A stretch of 64,000 bases of DNA from Bacillota bacterium (GTDB taxonomy: Bacteria; Bacillota_I; Bacilli_A; Acholeplasmatales; Acholeplasmataceae). The translations under genes and the position numbers were made by a program. Where the stretch lies: contig JAHIRQ010000171.1 in NCBI GenBank assembly GCA_018818645.1, positions 4,778-68,777 on the forward strand, read 5' to 3'. The notes under the pieces are model-generated. The model was not told the DNA's origin, did not search any database, and worked only from the letters and a program-made list of their open reading frames with translations. Below, in pieces: positions 30,857-40,874 of this stretch (positions are counted from its first letter, which is position 1; the number at the start of each line of letters is the position of its first letter).

Positions 30857-32557
30857 ATGACGAAAAAATGGTGGATGGAATCTGTTGGATATCAGATTTA
30901 TCCCAAAAGTTTTTATGACAGTAATGGTGATGGCATCGGTGATCTTAATGGCATATATGAAAAACTGGATTACCTCAAGGATTTAGGAGTTAATCTCATT
31001 TGGATTTGCCCATTTTATGACTCTCCGATGGATGATAACGGTTATGATGTTCGTAACTTTTTTGATGTCTCTAAAGAGTTTGGTACGATGGAAGATGTTA
31101 AAAAATTAATTGCTCGTGCAAAAGAACTAGGAATCAAAATCATTTTAGATTTTGTTTTAAATCATACCTCTGATGAACATCCATGGTTTATTGAATCGAA
31201 ATCAGCTAAGGATAATCCCTATAGAGACTATTATATTTGGCATGACGGAAAAATTGTTGATGGTAAAAAGGTTGAACCAACAAATTGGGGTTCATTTTTT
31301 GGCGGAAGTGCCTGGAATTATGATGAGGCAACTGATAGCTACTACATGAAGATATTTTCGAATAAAATGCCTGATCTAAACTGGAAAAATGAAAAAGTTC
31401 AACAAGAAATGATTGAAATTGCCAAAAAGTGGCTTGATTATGGAATCGATGGATTTAGAATTGATGCTGTGTCACACTTAGACCGAGATGAGTTGATAGA
31501 TGCTAAAGTCTATGACGGTGAAAAGTATCCACTAGACTGGAACAAATTCTCTAATCTTCCAAAAGTTCATGATTATTTAAAACTGTTGAATAAAGAAGTT
31601 TTTTCCAAGTATGAATGTTTAACTATTGGTGAAGTTGGTGGAGCAGCATCCATTGATCAAGGAATCAAATATGCTGCATTTGACTCCAATGAGTTATCCA
31701 TGGTCTTTAATTTTGATCATAACTGGTGTAATAATCTACACGAGGTTACCAATCCCAAGAAACTTGTAACCAATGTTGTTGCACTAAAGAAAGTCTTTCA
31801 TCGATGGCAGGAATCATTTAAAGATATTGGATGGCTTCCACTCAATTGGTTAAATCACGACCAACCAAGATTAATGAGTCAGTATGGCAGTTATAAATAT
31901 CCTCTAGAGTCAGGAAAGATGCTTGCAACTGCGCTTCATATGATGCGTGGGACTCCCTTTATTTATCAAGGTGAAGAAATTGGGATGACAAATTTCCCAT
32001 TTGAAGATGTTTCTCAGTTTAATGATATATCAAGTAAGAGTGCTTATGGCTATCATTTGGAAAAGGAACCAGATGATCCAGTAAAAGCTTTAAGAAAGGC
32101 AGCACTTCGCTCAAGAGATAATCCTAGAACTCCAATGCAATGGTCTACGGAGCTTCATGCTGGATTTTCTACTGTTCAACCTTGGATGTATGTAAATCCA
32201 AATTACAAGAAAATTAACGTAGAAAAAAATTTAAATCATCAAAATTCATTATGGCATCATTATCAAAAATTAATTGATTTAAGAAAAAATAGTATCTATA
32301 GCAATACCATTATTTATGGGACTTATCATCCGTTAGATTTGGAAGATGAAAATCATTACTCGTATTTAAGAAAAGATGAAAATCATACACTACTCGTCAT
32401 CAACTCATTCTCTAAGAAAAAGACAAGTTATGATTTAAGTATGTACAATGTGCTAGAGGTTTTAATTTCTAATTATCAAAAACAAAACATCAAAGAAAAC
32501 AAACTAACATTAAAACCTTTTGAATCCATAGTATTCAAGGTTGAGGAGAAATTATGA
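30857..32557 (+). CDS. malL: Oligo-1,6-glucosidase / alpha-glucosidase (GH13_31-like)
   Basis: WWMESVGYQIYPKSF, DFVLNHTSDEHPWF, GFRIDAVSHL, IGEVGG, NHDQPR. Confidence 0.85.
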   Translation: MTKKWWMESVGYQIYPKSFYDSNGDGIGDLNGIYEKLDYLKDLGVNLIWICPFYDSPMDDNGYDVRNFFDVSKEFGTMEDVKKLIARAKELGIKIILDFVLNHTSDEHPWFIESKSAKDNPYRDYYIWHDGKIVDGKKVEPTNWGSFFGGSAWNYDEATDSYYMKIFSNKMPDLNWKNEKVQQEMIEIAKKWLDYGIDGFRIDAVSHLDRDELIDAKVYDGEKYPLDWNKFSNLPKVHDYLKLLNKEVFSKYECLTIGEVGGAASIDQGIKYAAFDSNELSMVFNFDHNWCNNLHEVTNPKKLVTNVVALKKVFHRWQESFKDIGWLPLNWLNHDQPRLMSQYGSYKYPLESGKMLATALHMMRGTPFIYQGEEIGMTNFPFEDVSQFNDISSKSAYGYHLEKEPDDPVKALRKAALRSRDNPRTPMQWSTELHAGFSTVQPWMYVNPNYKKINVEKNLNHQNSLWHHYQKLIDLRKNSIYSNTIIYGTYHPLDLEDENHYSYLRKDENHTLLVINSFSKKKTSYDLSMYNVLEVLISNYQKQNIKENKLTLKPFESIVFKVEEKL

Positions 32558-34044
32558 GAAGAAGTGGTGTATTACTTCATATATCAAGTTTACCGAGCAA
32601 TTACGGTATCGGAACTTTTGGAAAAGCAGCATATGATTTTGTTGATTTCTTAAAAGCTTCTGAACAATCATTTTGGCAAATTCTACCATTAGGTCCTACG
32701 TCCTATGGTGATTCGCCTTACCAAACATTTTCAGCTTTCGCGAACAACCCTTACTTTATTGATTTAGACTTACTCATAGAACAAGGTCTACTTTATAAGA
32801 ATGAGATTTTATCTACCTTTCATTCACCACGCTATGTTGAATATAAAGAGCTTTATGATGAAAGATTTCTTGTCTTAAAGAAAGCATTTCACCGGTTTGA
32901 TACGAAAAACAGTAAATATCTTAAGTTTGTAAAAGATAATCATTATTGGCTAGAAGATTATGCATTTTTCATGGCACTCAAAGTTCATCATGGTGGTGAA
33001 TCATGGTTAACTTGGGATAAAGAACTTAGACTTAGAAAGATAGAGACTTTAGGTCTATATAGAAATCTTCTTCTAGAAGATATCGAATTCTATCAATTTT
33101 TACAATATGAAGCCTATGAACAATGGTTCAACTTAAAGAAATATGCAAATGCTAAGGGTATAGAATTTGTTGGTGATATGCCAATTTATGTATCCTATGA
33201 CTCTAGTGATGTTTGGGCAAATCCTAGATTCTTTGATTTAGATCAAGAAAGATTACCCTATCATGTTGCAGGTGTTCCACCAGATAACTTTTCCAAAGAC
33301 GGACAATTATGGGGAAATCCTCTCTACAATTGGGAACAATTAGAAAAAGAAGATTTTGCTTGGTGGGTAGAAAGAATTTCACAAGCAATTCACGCTTTTG
33401 ACTGGATTCGTATTGATCACTTTATTGGATTTCAAAACTTTTACTCTATTCCTTACGGGCACTTAACCGCTGCAAAAGGAGAATGGAAAAAGGGTCCTGG
33501 AATCAAGTTGTTCAACGTGATCAAAGAAAAATTAGGTTGTGTTAATATTATTGCTGAAGACTTAGGTGTTATTACTGATGATGTTAGAAAACTGCTAAAG
33601 AGCACTGGATTTCCTGGAATGAAGCTACTACAATTCGCATTTGACTCAAGAGAGGAAAGTGATTATCTTCCTCATCTTTACACAAATAATTCTATAGCAT
33701 ACACAGGAACACATGATAATGAAACTACTGAAACATGGTTTAAAAAACTTCCTAAAAAGGATTTAGAATATTGCTTGAATTATATCAATCATTCAGGTGA
33801 CCAAAACCCAGTAGATAGCCTTATTAAAGCAACTCTAGCATGTGTCGCTGACACTGCAATTATTCCGATGCAAGATTATCTTGGACTTGGTGATGAAGGT
33901 AGAATGAACATTCCATCCACTACCGGTAACAATTGGAAATGGAGAATGCTGCCTGAAGAAATGAATAAAGACTTGCTAAAAAAGATTAAATCATTTACAC
34001 TATTATATGGTAGAGGACAATCAAAACATAAGAAGGATAGTTAA
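32554..34044 (+). CDS. malQ: 4-alpha-glucanotransferase (amylomaltase, GH77)
   Basis: RRSGVLLHISSLPS, SPYQTFSAFAGNPYFID-like, IRIDHFIGF, IIAEDLG, TGTHDN motifs. Confidence 0.9.
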   Translation: MRRSGVLLHISSLPSNYGIGTFGKAAYDFVDFLKASEQSFWQILPLGPTSYGDSPYQTFSAFANNPYFIDLDLLIEQGLLYKNEILSTFHSPRYVEYKELYDERFLVLKKAFHRFDTKNSKYLKFVKDNHYWLEDYAFFMALKVHHGGESWLTWDKELRLRKIETLGLYRNLLLEDIEFYQFLQYEAYEQWFNLKKYANAKGIEFVGDMPIYVSYDSSDVWANPRFFDLDQERLPYHVAGVPPDNFSKDGQLWGNPLYNWEQLEKEDFAWWVERISQAIHAFDWIRIDHFIGFQNFYSIPYGHLTAAKGEWKKGPGIKLFNVIKEKLGCVNIIAEDLGVITDDVRKLLKSTGFPGMKLLQFAFDSREESDYLPHLYTNNSIAYTGTHDNETTETWFKKLPKKDLEYCLNYINHSGDQNPVDSLIKATLACVADTAIIPMQDYLGLGDEGRMNIPSTTGNNWKWRMLPEEMNKDLLKKIKSFTLLYGRGQSKHKKDS

Positions 34045-34057
34045 TCTATCCTTTTTC
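34034..34057 (+). terminator. Hairpin terminator overlapping the malQ stop
   Basis: AGGATAG ttaat CTATCCT plus a T-run. Confidence 0.5.
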
Positions 34058-34070
34058 ATTAGGAGTATAT

Positions 34071-35084
34071 ATGGATAAGGTCAAAGGGGTAAATTTTGGT
34101 GGATGGTTTGTTTTAGAGTATTGGATGAAACCAGCTTTATTTGATGGAATCGATTCGAAGGATGAAACTGGATTTTCAACCAAGAACTCAAATGCGAAGC
34201 AGGATTTAAAAAAGCATTGGGAAACATTTATTACAAGAGAAGATTTTTTTTACATTAAAAGTTTAGGAATGAACTCAATTCGACTTCCAATTCCATGGTG
34301 GCTTGAAGGAGTTTCTCCATACTTTTCAGCACTCCCTTATATTCATCAAGCGATGCAATGGGCATCTGATGCTGAGTTGAATATTCTCCTAGATTTGCAT
34401 ACCGCACCAGGTTGTCAAAATGGATTTGATAATGGTGGTATTCAAGATGTAATGACTTGGCATCTCGATCAAAAAAATATTAAACTTACTGTTGATAAGC
34501 TTGAGTTTATTGTTAAGGAATTCAAAAATTACCCATCATTTTGGGGTATTGAAGTTCTCAATGAGCCACACGCAACCATTGATATAAACATAGTTCAATC
34601 GTTTTATAAAAGTGCCTATCAACGTATTAGAAAGCATACCGATAAAGTCATTGTTTTTCATGATGCATTTAGACCAGATCATGAATCATGGAAAAACTTT
34701 TTTAACTCCAATCGGATGAAAAATATTGTTTTTGATCTCCATCTTTATCATTGCTTTGACCATAGGTTAGTGACTGGAGATTTTGATCTGCATATAAAAA
34801 CTATTATAGATAAAAGAATTCCCCTAATTCGTGAACTTCAAAAATTCATCAGAGTCGTTGTCGGTGAATGGTCGCTTGGGATCAATTATGAGAAACTTCA
34901 AAAAAATGATTCGTTTAATGAAGCACTATATAACAAAATATTAGCTGATCTTCAACTTTATGCATATACACAAGGTTATGGTTATTATTTCTGGAGTTAT
35001 AAGATAGAAAGAGAATCACATGAGAATTGGGATTTTAGAAGATTAGTTCAAAAAGGTATATTACCAAACCAATACAATGATTAG
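34071..35084 (+). CDS. GH5 glycoside hydrolase, exo-beta-1,3-glucanase-like, no signal peptide
   Basis: NFGGWFVLEYWMKP, SIRLPIPWW, LDLHTAPGCQNGFDNGG, EVLNEPH (acid/base Glu), VGEWS (nucleophile Glu). Confidence 0.7.
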   Translation: MDKVKGVNFGGWFVLEYWMKPALFDGIDSKDETGFSTKNSNAKQDLKKHWETFITREDFFYIKSLGMNSIRLPIPWWLEGVSPYFSALPYIHQAMQWASDAELNILLDLHTAPGCQNGFDNGGIQDVMTWHLDQKNIKLTVDKLEFIVKEFKNYPSFWGIEVLNEPHATIDINIVQSFYKSAYQRIRKHTDKVIVFHDAFRPDHESWKNFFNSNRMKNIVFDLHLYHCFDHRLVTGDFDLHIKTIIDKRIPLIRELQKFIRVVVGEWSLGINYEKLQKNDSFNEALYNKILADLQLYAYTQGYGYYFWSYKIERESHENWDFRRLVQKGILPNQYND

Positions 35085-35205
35085 TATTTTTAGATTAGAA
35101 GATTAATAATTGAGCGAAAACTACTACCTATTATGAAATGAGAACGTTAACATTTCCAGATTAATCTTAAAAATGCTTTGAAGTTCAAAAAGAATTGAAA
35201 ATCGA

Positions 35206-35234
35206 TTGACATTTGGTAAAAAAAAGCATATAAT
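35206..35234 (+). promoter_or_regulatory. Consensus sigma-A promoter for acpP
   Basis: TTGACA, 17-nt spacer, TATAAT. Confidence 0.6.
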
Positions 35235-35264
35235 TACATTGCTGAAATAAGGAGGATATTGAAC

Positions 35265-35492
35265 ATGATATTTGAGCGTATTAAAGAAATGATTATTGAA
35301 GAACTTAATGTTCCTGAAGAAAAAGTAACAATGCAAGCAAGATTGGCAGAAGACCTTGGTGCAGATTCAATCGATGCTGTTGAACTCATTATGAACATCG
35401 AAGATGAATTCTCTGTCCAAGTCAGTGATGAAGAAGCACAAAACATAAAAACGGTTGGGGACTTAGTTAAGTACGTTGAAGCACTAAACTAA
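35265..35492 (+). CDS. acpP: Acyl carrier protein
   Basis: LGADSIDAVELIM phosphopantetheine-Ser motif. The ATG at 35265 lies 9 nt after GGAGG. Confidence 0.85.
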   Translation: MIFERIKEMIIEELNVPEEKVTMQARLAEDLGADSIDAVELIMNIEDEFSVQVSDEEAQNIKTVGDLVKYVEALN

Positions 35493-35497
35493 AACAA

Positions 35498-35523
35498 AAA
35501 GGGAACAGAATTTCCCTTTTTTT
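35498..35523 (+). terminator. Rho-independent terminator after acpP
   Basis: AAAGGGAA ... TTCCCTTT stem plus a T-run. Confidence 0.65.
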
Positions 35524-35524
35524 G

Positions 35525-35553
35525 TTGGAAAAATTCTTTTTTTTATATATAAT
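35525..35553 (+). promoter_or_regulatory. Sigma-A-like promoter for leuS (TTGGAA, 17-nt spacer, TATAAT)
   Basis: Spacing and hexamers were read directly from the sequence. The leader is only ~25-30 nt, so no T-box fits. Confidence 0.5.
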
Positions 35554-35582
35554 AGATATAGCGTCGAAAGAAGGTACAAATT

Positions 35583-37991
35583 ATGTTTTATGACTACAAA
35601 CGTATAGAAAAGAAATGGCAATCCTATTGGTATGAGCAAAAGCTCTTCAAGACTCAAGAGGATCGATTGAAAGAGAAGTATTATGTCTTAGATATGTTTC
35701 CATATCCATCCGCAAGTGGACTCCATGTAGGACATATTGAAGGATATACTGCAACAGACATTATTTCAAGATTTAAGAGAATGCAAGGATACAACGTTCT
35801 TCATCCAATGGGATGGGACGCTTTTGGTCTTCCTGCGGAACAATATGCATTATCCACTGGTAAGGATCCCAGATCCTTTACCTATGAAAATATTAAAAAT
35901 TTCAAGCGTCAAATCATTGAAGCAGGTAAAGGAATCGACTGGGATAGAGAGTTCGCTACAGCAGATCCTGCTTATTTCAAATGGACTCAATGGATTTTTA
36001 AGAAAATGTATGAGCATGGACTAGCAGTGTTAAAAGATGTTGAAGTGAACTGGTGCGAAGGTTTAGGCACAGTTCTTGCTAACGATGAAATTGAACTTGT
36101 TGAAGGTCGTATGGTTTCTGAAAGAGGAAACTATCCTGTTGTTAAAAAAGCGATGAGACAATGGGTTCTTCGAATCACTGCATATGCAGATCGTTTATTA
36201 GGAGACCTAGATTCAATTGATTGGCCAGAGCATCTCAAAGAAATGCAAAGAAATTGGATTGGTAAATCAAATGGGGCAATGATGACATTTGAAGTGGATC
36301 AGTCATCTGAAACATTTGAGATATTTACAACACGTCCAGATACGATTTATGGAGCAACCTATTGTGTACTCGCTCCAGAGCATCCTTTGGTACTCCATAT
36401 TACAACAGATGATGAGCTTGCTTCTGTCAAACAATATATAGATATTACAAAAAGTAAGAATGATATGGACCGCGCACTCGATAAATCGAAATCAGGTGTT
36501 TTTACTGGTTCCTATGCAATCAATCCTTTAAATCATAAAAAAATTCCAATATGGATTGCTGATTATGTCCTACCTCATTATGGAACTGGAGCGGTTATGG
36601 CAGTTCCTGCTCATGATGATAGAGACTTTGAGTTTGCACAAGTTCATGGACTTGATATTGTTGAAGTGATACAAGGTGAATCAGAAGGCGCATTTACTGG
36701 AGACGGTATTCATTTCAATAGTGGAATTATTGATGGACTATATAATGAAGATGCAATTCACAAAATCATTGACTTCCTTGAAAAAACAAAACAAGGCTAT
36801 GGTCATAACACCTATAAATTAAGAGATTGGGTTTTTTCCAGACAACGCTATTGGGGTGAACCGTTTCCTGTTTTCTACGATAAAGATCAAAATATTTATC
36901 TACTAGATGATGAAGATCTACCATTAGACTTACCTGTATTAAAAAATATACGTCCAAGTGGAACTGGTGAATCACCACTTGCGAATGCATTTGACTGGCT
37001 TCATGTTAGTGATCATGGCATAGAAGGAAGAAGAGATACCAATACAATGCCGCAGTTGGCAGGTTCATCATGGTATTTTATTGGCTATATTCTAAAGAAT
37101 CATTTAGGTATTCTACCTCTTGATTCAGCAGAGGCTAAGAAATTATTAGATAAATGGCTTCCTATTGATCTCTATATTGGTGGTTCTGAACATGCAGTTG
37201 GACATCTACTTTATGCAAGATTCTGGACGAAGTTCTTATATGATTTAGGGCTTGTTTCTGTCAATGAACCATTTAAAAAATACTTTAATGTCGGTATGAT
37301 TTTAGGTGATGACCATTCCAAGATGAGTAAATCAAAGGGAAATGGAGTAAACCCAGATGACATTATCGAATCCCATGGCGCAGATTCCTTACGTCTTTAT
37401 GAGATGTTTATGGGTCCACTCGATGCAGAAAAGCCTTGGTCAACAGATTCATTAAACGGTTCTAAGAAATTTTTAGATCGTGTATGGCGTATGTTTGAAT
37501 TTCCAATTGTTAAAGAAGAAGTTAAAGAACTTAGACAAATATATCATCAGACCATTAAAAAGGTTACTGAAGACTATGAAAAGCTTGCATTTAACACTGC
37601 AATTTCTCAAATGATGATTTTTGTCAATGAAGTCTATAAGAAACAAACCATATCAAAGGAACAAGCAAGAGGATTCTTGAAACTTTTAAATCCGATTTGT
37701 CCACATATCACTGAAGAAATCAATTCTAAAATCTTAGAATACAATGAAGAACTGATTTATTCTGAGTGGCCAATATATAATGAACATTATTTAAAGGTTG
37801 ATGAAGTCGAAATCGTTGTTCAAGTGAATGGAAAGCTACGTGCTAGATTTATAGCACCTTTTGACGAGGATCAAGAAAAAGTCAAAAAGGAAGCACTAGA
37901 AAATCCAAACGTGATGAAACACCTTGAAGGGTTAACCATTAGAAAAGTAGTCGTTATTCCTAATAAGTTAGTGAATATTGTAGCAAATTAA
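35583..37991 (+). CDS. leuS: Leucyl-tRNA synthetase
   Basis: HVGH (HIGH) and KMSKS motifs; full-length class I LeuRS. Confidence 0.95.
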   Translation: MFYDYKRIEKKWQSYWYEQKLFKTQEDRLKEKYYVLDMFPYPSASGLHVGHIEGYTATDIISRFKRMQGYNVLHPMGWDAFGLPAEQYALSTGKDPRSFTYENIKNFKRQIIEAGKGIDWDREFATADPAYFKWTQWIFKKMYEHGLAVLKDVEVNWCEGLGTVLANDEIELVEGRMVSERGNYPVVKKAMRQWVLRITAYADRLLGDLDSIDWPEHLKEMQRNWIGKSNGAMMTFEVDQSSETFEIFTTRPDTIYGATYCVLAPEHPLVLHITTDDELASVKQYIDITKSKNDMDRALDKSKSGVFTGSYAINPLNHKKIPIWIADYVLPHYGTGAVMAVPAHDDRDFEFAQVHGLDIVEVIQGESEGAFTGDGIHFNSGIIDGLYNEDAIHKIIDFLEKTKQGYGHNTYKLRDWVFSRQRYWGEPFPVFYDKDQNIYLLDDEDLPLDLPVLKNIRPSGTGESPLANAFDWLHVSDHGIEGRRDTNTMPQLAGSSWYFIGYILKNHLGILPLDSAEAKKLLDKWLPIDLYIGGSEHAVGHLLYARFWTKFLYDLGLVSVNEPFKKYFNVGMILGDDHSKMSKSKGNGVNPDDIIESHGADSLRLYEMFMGPLDAEKPWSTDSLNGSKKFLDRVWRMFEFPIVKEEVKELRQIYHQTIKKVTEDYEKLAFNTAISQMMIFVNEVYKKQTISKEQARGFLKLLNPICPHITEEINSKILEYNEELIYSEWPIYNEHYLKVDEVEIVVQVNGKLRARFIAPFDEDQEKVKKEALENPNVMKHLEGLTIRKVVVIPNKLVNIVAN

Positions 37992-38006
37992 AAATGATAC
38001 CTTAAA

Positions 38007-38035
38007 ATACTCTACTTATGTAGGGTATTTTTTTG
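38007..38035 (+). terminator. Rho-independent terminator after leuS
   Basis: ATACTCTAC ttat GTAGGGTAT stem plus T-run. Confidence 0.6.
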
Positions 38036-38065
38036 AATATGTAAATAGATGGTAAAATTAAAATA

Positions 38066-38104
38066 TACCAATAAAAAGGTGTCATCACTTGTATATTAAG
38101 TGTA
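38066..38104 (+). promoter_or_regulatory. Candidate ECF-sigma-dependent promoter, copy 1 (TACCAATAAAAA, 11-nt spacer, TTGTATATTAAGTGTA)
   Basis: Near-identical bipartite motif repeated at 39746-39784. Lies immediately upstream of the sigma factor gene. Confidence 0.5.
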
Positions 38105-38114
38105 AGGGGAACTT

Positions 38115-38627
38115 ATGGATCAGATCAATTTGATTATTCAAGAACTAAAGACAAGAAATTATCAATCATTTGATACTTTTTACAACTTGACAAAGAATCA
38201 AGTTTTTTACGCGATTATCTCAGTTGTTAAGGACAAGGACTTAGCTGAAGATATTATGCAAGATACTTATGTCAAGTTTTTAGAAAAGATTGATCAATAT
38301 AAAGATGGGGCGAACCCCTATGCTTATTTATCGACAATCGCAAGAAATCTAGCAATTAATCTTTATAATCAAAGAAAACGAGAGGTTTACTCTGAGGAGA
38401 TATTTGAAACCATTGCTTCTCCTGAAGTCAAAGATGATGAGGAAGATATCTTCAAGATACTCGATCTATTAGAGCCTGATGAAAAAGAAGTTGTTACACT
38501 TCATATTGTAAATGATCTTAAGTTTAGAGAAATCGCACCAATTGTAGATAAGCCACTAGGCACTGTGTTATGGATATATAATAAAGCAATAAAAAAACTA
38601 AAAGAAAAGGTAGGTGACATTCTATGA
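38115..38627 (+). CDS. ECF-type RNA polymerase sigma-70 family factor
   Basis: Region 2 (DIMQDTYVKF...ARNLAINLYNQRKRE) and region 4 HTH (LKFREIAPIVDKPLGTVLWIYNKAIKKLK). Confidence 0.8.
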   Translation: MDQINLIIQELKTRNYQSFDTFYNLTKNQVFYAIISVVKDKDLAEDIMQDTYVKFLEKIDQYKDGANPYAYLSTIARNLAINLYNQRKREVYSEEIFETIASPEVKDDEEDIFKILDLLEPDEKEVVTLHIVNDLKFREIAPIVDKPLGTVLWIYNKAIKKLKEKVGDIL

Positions 38628-39730
38628 AGAAAAAAGAATTGATTAAGCTTATAAAAACTAAATCACAAGAAGTAGAAATCAAGAATTTTTCAAGTTCAAT
38701 TTTAGAAAGAGTCAAAAATCTACCTCATATAGAGACTATTGAAGCTCAAAAACGAGTATTTAGATTAAAACCAGTATTATTTGTCACATTGGGTACGCTC
38801 GCAAGTGTTCTACTATTGATGGTGCTATACAATCCAGCTTCTCCAATCATACCAACTGATCCAATCACTCCAACTCTTGAAAATATGGATCAAGTGATTG
38901 CATTATCAACTGTTTCAACCGCTTCACTTATTGACTTGGTAGATACTGAAATACAAGCAAGTGAAAATTATATTCTAAAATATGGTAATGAACAAGAAAG
39001 TTATCGAATAGATGAAGAATTACCAGATGTTTCAAAATATATGGAAACGATAGAGAAACTGTTTTCAAGTCAAAGTGATTTTGGAATAGAAAAAGAAATT
39101 ATATCGAACGGAAATTTTGGTAATCGTATGTTATTTAAAACCAAAGACTTAATGAATGAAGAAGCAAGTTATAAGTTTGACTATAACCAAACAGCACTTG
39201 CAAATCCAAAGCATTTTGAATTGAATGGCGAACTCGAAATTGGTGAAAAACAATACCATATCAGTGGACTAGCAAAAACCGATGTAAATGAACTATACTT
39301 AAAAGCAGAAAAAGATGTGGCGAACTATATTACAATTGATTATGAGCTTATTGGTACAACCCATCAGTTTATCGTTGAAACAATTAGAGATAATGAATCA
39401 ATTCAAAAGGTTAGTTTTCAACTTGAGCGAACAGAAGAAAATCAATTGATTAAACTTGAATTTATAGAAGGAGAATCTATTGGATCCTATGAATTTGAGA
39501 TCGAAGTCGAAGATAATGTTAAGGTCATCAAATCAAGATATAACATTACGACTAACGATGTCGAAGAAAAAGGTGAGTTTGTAGTTAGAGTGATTACTAT
39601 TCAAAATCAAACCAGATACTCAGTTTTAATCAAACCTGAAGGGCGAACTCCTTATGTTATCCAACAAGGAAGAGTCATGACAGAACGTAGACCTCGTCTT
39701 CAAACTTCACTCGATTATAGCAATTTATAA
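38624..39730 (+). CDS. Putative single-pass membrane anti-sigma factor with a ~300-aa extracytoplasmic domain
   Basis: ATGA overlap with the sigma gene. One TM segment (PVLFVTLGTLASVLLLMVLY). No recognisable zinc-finger anti-sigma motif. Confidence 0.45.
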   Translation: MKKKELIKLIKTKSQEVEIKNFSSSILERVKNLPHIETIEAQKRVFRLKPVLFVTLGTLASVLLLMVLYNPASPIIPTDPITPTLENMDQVIALSTVSTASLIDLVDTEIQASENYILKYGNEQESYRIDEELPDVSKYMETIEKLFSSQSDFGIEKEIISNGNFGNRMLFKTKDLMNEEASYKFDYNQTALANPKHFELNGELEIGEKQYHISGLAKTDVNELYLKAEKDVANYITIDYELIGTTHQFIVETIRDNESIQKVSFQLERTEENQLIKLEFIEGESIGSYEFEIEVEDNVKVIKSRYNITTNDVEEKGEFVVRVITIQNQTRYSVLIKPEGRTPYVIQQGRVMTERRPRLQTSLDYSNL

Positions 39731-39745
39731 CATAATTTCACAATT

Positions 39746-39784
39746 TACCAATAAAAACGAATCCTCTTTTGTACATTAAGTGTA
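39746..39784 (+). promoter_or_regulatory. Candidate ECF-sigma-dependent promoter, copy 2 (TACCAATAAAAA, 11-nt spacer, TTGTACATTAAGTGTA)
   Basis: 27 of 28 motif positions are identical to copy 1, with the same 11-nt spacer length. Confidence 0.5.
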
Positions 39785-39801
39785 TAAAGGAGGATTTAAT
39801 A

Positions 39802-40836
39802 ATGAAAAAAGTAAAATTTATGTTAAGTTTCGTATTCATGTTATTCGCAGTAGTTGCAATCGTGGGGTGTGCAAGTTCAGTTTCAGCTAATGATACTTAT
39901 GTTACATTAGATATCAATCCAAGTATTGAACTGATTGTTACACCAAGAGAAAAAGTTGTGTATGCAAATCCACTCAACGCTGATGGCGAAGTTCTATTAG
40001 AAGAACTCGATTTGATTGGACTTGATTTAGATGATGCAATAGCATTGATTATTCAAACAGCTACAGAGTTAGGTTATATCGATGTTGAATCAGAAGAAAC
40101 AATCGTATCAGTTACAGCTGTTTCAAATGATCCTGAAATCGGTGAAAAAATTAGAACTCAAGTTAAAGAACATGTCAACAATGCATTTAAAGATCGTCTT
40201 ATGATGGGTCGCGCTGAAGATAAGGGCTTTACTCCTGAATTCTTAGCAGAAGCTGAAGGTTATGGTGTTACACCAGGATTCTTACGCATGGCATATTCAG
40301 TTGTAGAAAATAATGATGAAATTCTATTAGGAGACGCATTATTATTAACTGTTCAAGAACTACAAGCACTTTTAAGAGAAGCAAAAGAAGCTCATAAAGA
40401 AGTTGTATTCGCATTGAGAACAGAATTCTTTGAAGATAGACAAACTATAATTGATGAATACAAGCCTCAAATTGAAGCACTAGAAGCATCAATTGTTACA
40501 GCAAATGAAGAAATCGCTGCACTAGAATTAGAACTTGCTGAAGCTTTAGAAGCAGATCAACCTGCGATTCAAGCAGAACTTGATTTAGCTTTAGAAAACC
40601 TAGTTACACTTGAAGCAGATCTTGAAGCAATTAAGACTCTATTCCATGATGAAATGTCAGTATTAAGAAATGAATTCCATGATCAATCTGAAGTTTTAAG
40701 AGCAGAAATTAAAGAAATGTTTCAACACAGAAAAGAAATTAATGAAGAAAAAGTTCAACAATTTATGAATCAAATGCAAGAACGCAAAGAAGAAATGAAA
40801 GAAAAGGTTGAAGAGTACCAAAATAAGCGCCCATAA
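39802..40836 (+). CDS. Lipoprotein with an N-terminal globular domain (LDINPSIEL motif) and a long acidic coiled-coil tail
   Basis: Lipobox IVGC. Start at ATG 39802 after AAAGGAGGA. The C-terminal half is E/A/L-rich heptad-like. Confidence 0.6.
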   Translation: MKKVKFMLSFVFMLFAVVAIVGCASSVSANDTYVTLDINPSIELIVTPREKVVYANPLNADGEVLLEELDLIGLDLDDAIALIIQTATELGYIDVESEETIVSVTAVSNDPEIGEKIRTQVKEHVNNAFKDRLMMGRAEDKGFTPEFLAEAEGYGVTPGFLRMAYSVVENNDEILLGDALLLTVQELQALLREAKEAHKEVVFALRTEFFEDRQTIIDEYKPQIEALEASIVTANEEIAALELELAEALEADQPAIQAELDLALENLVTLEADLEAIKTLFHDEMSVLRNEFHDQSEVLRAEIKEMFQHRKEINEEKVQQFMNQMQERKEEMKEKVEEYQNKRP

Positions 40837-40874
40837 TTCCCCTTATGGGAAATCATAAAAAAAGACGAGAGCAT

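Noticed and set aside
35124-35446. Minus-strand ORFs 35124-35336 and 35234-35446
   Set aside because: They overlap the acpP promoter and coding region. acpP is unambiguous on the plus strand.
35493-35582. Looked for a T-box or other leader upstream of leuS
   Set aside because: There are only ~90 nt between the acpP terminator and leuS. Most of that is taken up by a promoter-like TTGGAA, 17-nt spacer, TATAAT, which leaves no room for a T-box.
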